Assembly (NCBI GenBank): GCA_023230565.1
Contig: JALNXD010000005.1
Coordinates: 1,169 to 65,168 of the forward strand
Length of the DNA stretch: 64,000 nucleotides
Reading direction: 5' to 3'
Origin: Syntrophales bacterium
GTDB taxonomy: Bacteria > Desulfobacterota > Syntrophia > Syntrophales > UBA2210
Shown: in pieces, positions 59,719 to 64,000 of the stretch
Layout of the letters: each line of letters begins with the position of its first letter
How positions within the stretch are numbered: position 1 is the stretch's first letter
Notes under the pieces: model-generated
Told to the model about the DNA's origin: nothing
Database searches by the model: none
What the model saw: only the letters and a program-made list of their open reading frames with translations
Made by a program: the position numbers and the translations under genes

Positions 59719-60909
59719 ATGAAAGAAGAATTTCGAGTTCCCGGTTTTCGGGCGAATGGAATTGCGTGCGGAATAAAGGGCAACAAGAAAAAAGACCTTG
59801 CACTTATTGTTTCCGATATCCCGGCTGCGTGTGCCGCCGCCTTCACGACTAACAGTTTTAAAGCCGGCCCGGTTCTTCACACTATTCCCAAGATACAATC
59901 AGGTAAAGCGCAAGCCATTATCGCAAACAGTGGAAATGCGAATGCCGCCAACGGCCGAAAGGGAGAAAAAGATGCAGCGGCAATGGCGAAAGCAGCAGCC
60001 GACCAGTTAAATATCAAAGACGATTTAGTGCTTGTAGCCTCCACAGGGGTCATTGGGAAAAGATTGCCCATTGAAAAAATTGTTGCGTCCACAGGTGAAT
60101 TGGTTGCAGGATTGGATGTAGACGGGATTCCGAAAGCCGAAGAGGCTATTATGACTACCGATCGCTTTCCTAAAATAGAATATAGAAAACTTACTGTTGA
60201 TGATTCGGAAATCTGCATGTGCGGTATTGCCAAGGGAGCGGGGATGATCGAGCCTGATATGGCCACAATGCTTGCATTTATCATGACTGATGCTGCTGTT
60301 GACCCTCAGTGTCTGAAAACGGTTTTTTACGGATCACTCGAGTCCAGTTTCAATGCAATTACAGTGGACGGGTGTATGTCGACGAATGACACTGCAATAC
60401 TTCTTGCCAATGGATGCGCCGGAAACAAGATACTGACTGAATCGGCGCAGGGAACTTTAAAGTTTAAAGAAGCTCTTGCAGATATTATGGTTTCTCTGGC
60501 CAAAGCGATAGTGAAAGATGGCGAAGGGGCCACTAAAGTAATAGAAATAATAGTGAGCGGAGCCAGAACAAAACACGATGCGAAAAAATGTGCCTATGCG
60601 ATAGGGCGATCAAATCTGGTTAAGACGGCTTTTTACGGCAAAGACCCTAATTGGGGACGGATCATATCGGCAGTAGGAACAACCGGTGTACCTTTTTCCA
60701 TAGACAAAGTAGAGCTTCTGTTTGATGGCTATCCGCTATTTAAATGCTCAGCAGGAGTCGGGGGTAATGAAACTATGCTTGCCGGCATTATGGAGAAAGA
60801 AAAAATTACTGTTGAGGTAAAACTCGGAATGGGAAATTCCTGCTTCAGAGTTTTCGCTTCCGATCTTTCACACGATTATATAGATATAAATGCACTGTAC
60901 CACACATGA
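59719..60909 (+). CDS. argJ: bifunctional ornithine acetyltransferase / N-acetylglutamate synthase
   Basis: 396-aa ORF with FTTNSFKAGPV, KGAGMIEPDMATML (autoprocessing Thr) and a C-terminal INALYHT. Confidence 0.92.
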   Translation: MKEEFRVPGFRANGIACGIKGNKKKDLALIVSDIPAACAAAFTTNSFKAGPVLHTIPKIQSGKAQAIIANSGNANAANGRKGEKDAAAMAKAAADQLNIKDDLVLVASTGVIGKRLPIEKIVASTGELVAGLDVDGIPKAEEAIMTTDRFPKIEYRKLTVDDSEICMCGIAKGAGMIEPDMATMLAFIMTDAAVDPQCLKTVFYGSLESSFNAITVDGCMSTNDTAILLANGCAGNKILTESAQGTLKFKEALADIMVSLAKAIVKDGEGATKVIEIIVSGARTKHDAKKCAYAIGRSNLVKTAFYGKDPNWGRIISAVGTTGVPFSIDKVELLFDGYPLFKCSAGVGGNETMLAGIMEKEKITVEVKLGMGNSCFRVFASDLSHDYIDINALYHT

Positions 60910-61119
60910 GCAAATGACGCGAAGTGAAATGTTTTCCCAGATAAATTAAGGATATTGATTAATATTTTGTTGATTATTTGCTGCGTCTGTGGTAGTTCGT
61001 ACCACCGCGAAATATAAAAACACACACCCTTTCGAATCCCGCTGTTGCTTAAAAAAAGTTCCCGGGGTAGAAAAATCGAAATAAGGGTGGAGGCCGAAAC
61101 AGCGAAAGGAGAAAATAAA

Positions 61120-61956
61120 ATGGCCCATATTTCAATGAAAATGTTGCTCGAGTCGGGGGTCCATTTCGGACACCAGACCAACCGATGGAATCCGAAAATG
61201 AAACCATACATTTTCGGGGCAAGAAACGGAATTTACATTGTCGATCTTCAGCAGACAGTTCAGCTTTTCGAAATTGCCTACGAATTTATCGTCGAAAGAG
61301 TCGCTTCAGGAAAAACTGTTCTTTTCCTTGGGACAAAACGGCAGGCCCAGGAGTCGATTAAGTCGGAGGCCGAGCGGTGCGGCATGCCGTATGTAAACCA
61401 GCGATGGCTCGGTGGCATGCTGACAAACTTTGTAACTATCAAAAAGAGTATAGATCAGTTAAATAAATTTGATCAAATGTTTGAAGATGAAAGTGTAAAT
61501 TCATTCCCTAAAAAAGAAATAATGAAATTGCAAAAGCAGCGTGAGAAACTGCAGAAGGTGCTCGGCGGGATACGCTATATGGAAAAGCTGCCCGGTGCTC
61601 TTTTTGTGATAGATCCTAAACGGGAAGCGATAGGGATAAAAGAAGCTCACAAATTGGGGATTCCGATTATAGCTATAGTCGATACTAATTGCGATCCCGA
61701 CGATATAGATTATGTGATTCCGGGAAATGACGATGCTATTCGTGCAATAAAATTATTTTCATCTAAAATTGCAGATGCAGTAGAAGAAGGCCAAAAACTT
61801 TTCGAAGAACGCGTACAGGCGGAAAGTGATAAAGAGGAAAGCGAAGAAGAGCTGGATGTACCGGAAAGCGTGACAGAAAGGGATGAAGACGGCAATCAGG
61901 CAATCTACGCGACAGAAAGTGAAGACGCCGAGGATATTATAACCGAGGAGGTATAA
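61120..61956 (+). CDS. rpsB: 30S ribosomal protein S2
   Basis: The start is trimmed to ATG 61120, after AAAGGAG. The sequence begins [27 protein letters not shown] and ends in an acidic C-terminal tail. Confidence 0.95.
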   Translation: MAHISMKMLLESGVHFGHQTNRWNPKMKPYIFGARNGIYIVDLQQTVQLFEIAYEFIVERVASGKTVLFLGTKRQAQESIKSEAERCGMPYVNQRWLGGMLTNFVTIKKSIDQLNKFDQMFEDESVNSFPKKEIMKLQKQREKLQKVLGGIRYMEKLPGALFVIDPKREAIGIKEAHKLGIPIIAIVDTNCDPDDIDYVIPGNDDAIRAIKLFSSKIADAVEEGQKLFEERVQAESDKEESEEELDVPESVTERDEDGNQAIYATESEDAEDIITEEV

Positions 61957-61960
61957 TAAA

Positions 61961-62560
61961 TTGAGTATTCCAGCATCAAAAGTAAAGGAATTGAGAGACA
62001 AGACAAATGCCGGTATGATGGATTGCAAGGAAGCACTTCAGGCGGCACACGGAGATTTTGAAAAAGCTATAGAATATCTGAGAAAAAAAGGATTGTCGGC
62101 AGCAACAAAACGTTCTTCAAGAGCTGCAAAAGAAGGCACGGTAGCCTCCTACATTCATATGGATGGGAAGATAGGTATTCTTGTGGAAATAAATTGCGAA
62201 ACCGATTTTGTCGCAAAAACTGAAAATTTTCGTACTATGGCCCGTGATGTCGCTATGCAGATAGCAGCTACCAATCCCAAGTATGTGAAACCGGAAGAAA
62301 TACCCGAGAAGGAACTTGAAAGGGAAAAGGAAATATACAGAAGTCAGGCCCAGCAGGAAGGAAAGCCTGAAAAAATTATGGATAGGATAATAGAGGGGAA
62401 ACTGAAAAAATATTATGAAGAAGTGTGCCTTCTTGATCAGAAATTCATAAAAAATGGCGATATCACCGTACGCGATCTTGTTAATAGCATGATTGCAAAT
62501 TCGGGAGAGAATATTATAGTAAGACGATTTGCAAGGTTCCAGCTTGGAGAAGAGCTGTAG
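61961..62560 (+). CDS. tsf: elongation factor Ts (short form)
   Basis: 199-aa ORF with a TTG start and the UBA-like N-terminus VKELRDKTNAGMMDCKEAL. It lies directly after rpsB. Confidence 0.92.
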   Translation: MSIPASKVKELRDKTNAGMMDCKEALQAAHGDFEKAIEYLRKKGLSAATKRSSRAAKEGTVASYIHMDGKIGILVEINCETDFVAKTENFRTMARDVAMQIAATNPKYVKPEEIPEKELEREKEIYRSQAQQEGKPEKIMDRIIEGKLKKYYEEVCLLDQKFIKNGDITVRDLVNSMIANSGENIIVRRFARFQLGEEL

Positions 62561-62577
62561 ATAGTCTTTATTTTAAA

Positions 62578-62600
62578 AGGCCGGCGGAAAAAGCCGGCCT
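62578..62600 (+). other. GC-rich hairpin between tsf and pyrH
   Basis: AGGCCGGC / GCCGGCCT 8-bp stem with a 7-nt loop and no strong U-tract. It may be a partial terminator or a processing site. Confidence 0.4.
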
Positions 62601-62617
62601 GTCTTACATACGGTGCA

Positions 62618-63340
62618 ATGGAAGAAGCGGCATACAAGAGAGTGCTGTTAAAATTAAGCGGCGAATTTCTGCTCGGTTCAAAACCGTTCGGTATAGATAC
62701 GGATGTCCTGGGGTATATAGCCGATGAAATAAGAAGTATCATGGACATGGGTATCGAAATAGGGATTGTCATAGGAGGAGGGAACATATACCGGGGAGTA
62801 GAAGTGAGCAGCCGAGGCATCGACAGGGCATCGGCCGATAATATGGGAATGCTGGCAACTGTAATGAACAGTATTGCTATGGAGAGTTCATTTGAAAGAG
62901 TTGGCATACCTGTCAGGGTTCTATGCGCAGTAGAAATGAAAAGGGTCGTTGAATTCTTCATACGGGAAAAGGCCATCAAATACCTTGCTGATAAAAAAGT
63001 TGTCATATTTGCGGGAGGGACGGGGAATCCTTTTTTTACGACCGACACGGCGGCATCCCTGAGAGCTCTTGAAATTAAGGCGGATATAATTCTCAAAGCC
63101 ACGAAAGTAGATGGTGTCTACGATATGGATCCGGTGGTTCATAAAGATGCGGTGAAATTCAGGCGGATCAGTTATAATGAAGTACTTTCAAGAAATTTGC
63201 GAGTTATGGATGCAACGGCGATATCACTGTGCCGGGACAACAATCTTCCCGTGATCGTCTTCAATCTCGGGAAGGAAGGAAACATTAAAAACGCAGTATG
63301 CGGAAAAGACGTCGGAACAATCGTGGGAGCTGAACCATGA
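62618..63340 (+). CDS. pyrH: UMP kinase
   Basis: 240-aa ORF with KRVLLKLSGE, GGGNIYRG, AGGTGNPFFTTDTAA and KATKVDGVY. Confidence 0.94.
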   Translation: MEEAAYKRVLLKLSGEFLLGSKPFGIDTDVLGYIADEIRSIMDMGIEIGIVIGGGNIYRGVEVSSRGIDRASADNMGMLATVMNSIAMESSFERVGIPVRVLCAVEMKRVVEFFIREKAIKYLADKKVVIFAGGTGNPFFTTDTAASLRALEIKADIILKATKVDGVYDMDPVVHKDAVKFRRISYNEVLSRNLRVMDATAISLCRDNNLPVIVFNLGKEGNIKNAVCGKDVGTIVGAEP

Positions 63341-63894
63341 CGGAACTGATTTTTGATGAATTGAAAGAAAACATGCAAAGCCACCTGCAATTTTTTCAGA
63401 AGGCTTTAAGCAAAGTAAGGACGGGAAGAGCATCAATATCTCTTCTTGACGGAATAAAAGTTGATTATTACGGAGTGCAGACGCCGATTAACCAGGTAGC
63501 GACGCTTTCGGCTCCAGAAAGCCAGTTGATTGTAATCTCTCCCTGGGATAAGGGTGCATTGGGTAATATAGAGAAGGCCATACAGAAATCCGAACTGGGG
63601 CTGATGCCTTCCAATGACGGCAAAATCATAAGGATTAACATCCCGCCGCTTACGGAAGAGCGGCGAAAGGAACTGGTCAAGATTGTCAAAAAAATGGCCG
63701 AAGAATGTAAGATTCAAATAAGGAATACGAGGCGGGATGCCAATAATGAATTGAAGAAACTTAAAAATGACGGAGAAATATCAGAAGACAGTCTTCATAA
63801 TGATCAAGAAGAAGTTCAGAATATAACGGATGAATATATCAAGAAAACCGATGAAATACTGGAAGCAAAAGAAGCAGAAATAATGGAAATATAG
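63337..63894 (+). CDS. frr: ribosome recycling factor
   Basis: 185-aa ORF with RTGRASISLLDGIKVDYYG and PPLTEERRKELVK. It overlaps pyrH by 4 nt. Confidence 0.94.
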   Translation: MTELIFDELKENMQSHLQFFQKALSKVRTGRASISLLDGIKVDYYGVQTPINQVATLSAPESQLIVISPWDKGALGNIEKAIQKSELGLMPSNDGKIIRINIPPLTEERRKELVKIVKKMAEECKIQIRNTRRDANNELKKLKNDGEISEDSLHNDQEEVQNITDEYIKKTDEILEAKEAEIMEI

Positions 63895-63919
63895 AATTGG
63901 AATTGCAAGTTCAGAGACG

Positions 63920-63946
63920 GGGAACTTCGGTTCCCTTTTCTTTTTT
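63920..63946 (+). terminator. intrinsic terminator after frr
   Basis: GGGAAC-TTCG-GTTCCC hairpin followed by a TTTTCTTTTTT tract. Confidence 0.7.
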
Positions 63947-64000
63947 ATAAAAGGAAGATGCGTTACATTTCTGCAGCCCCTGAAACGATGGCGAAAGATA

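Noticed and set aside
62437-63102. 221-aa minus-strand ORF spanning the tsf end and pyrH.
   Set aside because: It is antisense to two unmistakable housekeeping genes. It is a shadow ORF.

Overview
The window is a chromosomal segment from a Gram-negative anaerobe. The taxonomic hints are lptFG/lpxH, a glycyl-radical enzyme, a pyruvoyl arginine decarboxylase and a two-subunit biotin carboxylase. I guess Desulfobacterota- or Nitrospirota-like, but this cannot be proven from the sequence. Most of it is densely packed housekeeping DNA. On the minus strand: an MFS transporter, the gcvT-H-PA-PB glycine cleavage operon and nadB. On the plus strand: tsaD, rsmA, a leader plus panC-panD, a DUF502 gene with metK and ahcY. 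Then lptG-lptF (minus), a PHP phosphoesterase with lpxH, and speB-pdaD for putrescine synthesis. A membrane histidine kinase follows, paired with a receiver/adenylate-cyclase response regulator, then an initiator tRNA-Met. Directly downstream of the tRNA (about 24.1-42.6 kb) lies the only accessory-looking block. It holds a hybrid HisKA_3 kinase, an uncharacterised 816-aa glycyl-radical enzyme (GRE) with its activase, and a Tat-exported SLT/LysM protein. It also holds an ADP-forming acyl-CoA-synthetase alpha-like protein with no ATP-grasp partner, two AMP-forming CoA ligases and a family-5 ABC importer. The window then returns to core genes: a zinc-ribbon protein, an MBL hydrolase, nlpD, yqaA, pcm, a macro-domain protein and an AsmA-like giant protein. 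These are followed by a biotin carboxylase plus a divergent carboxyltransferase/BCCP, an M23 peptidase, secA, argJ and rpsB-tsf-pyrH-frr. I saw no CRISPR arrays, transposases, integrases or rRNA genes. The two most notable observations are these. First, the phosphoglycerate mutase (iPGM) gene at 46996-48579 appears circularly permuted, with the C-terminal half encoded before the N-terminal half in one ORF. Second, the GRE/CoA-ligase/ABC-importer locus does not match any characterised GRE pathway that I recognise. All calls rest on reading the supplied translations and DNA by eye. No database search was run.
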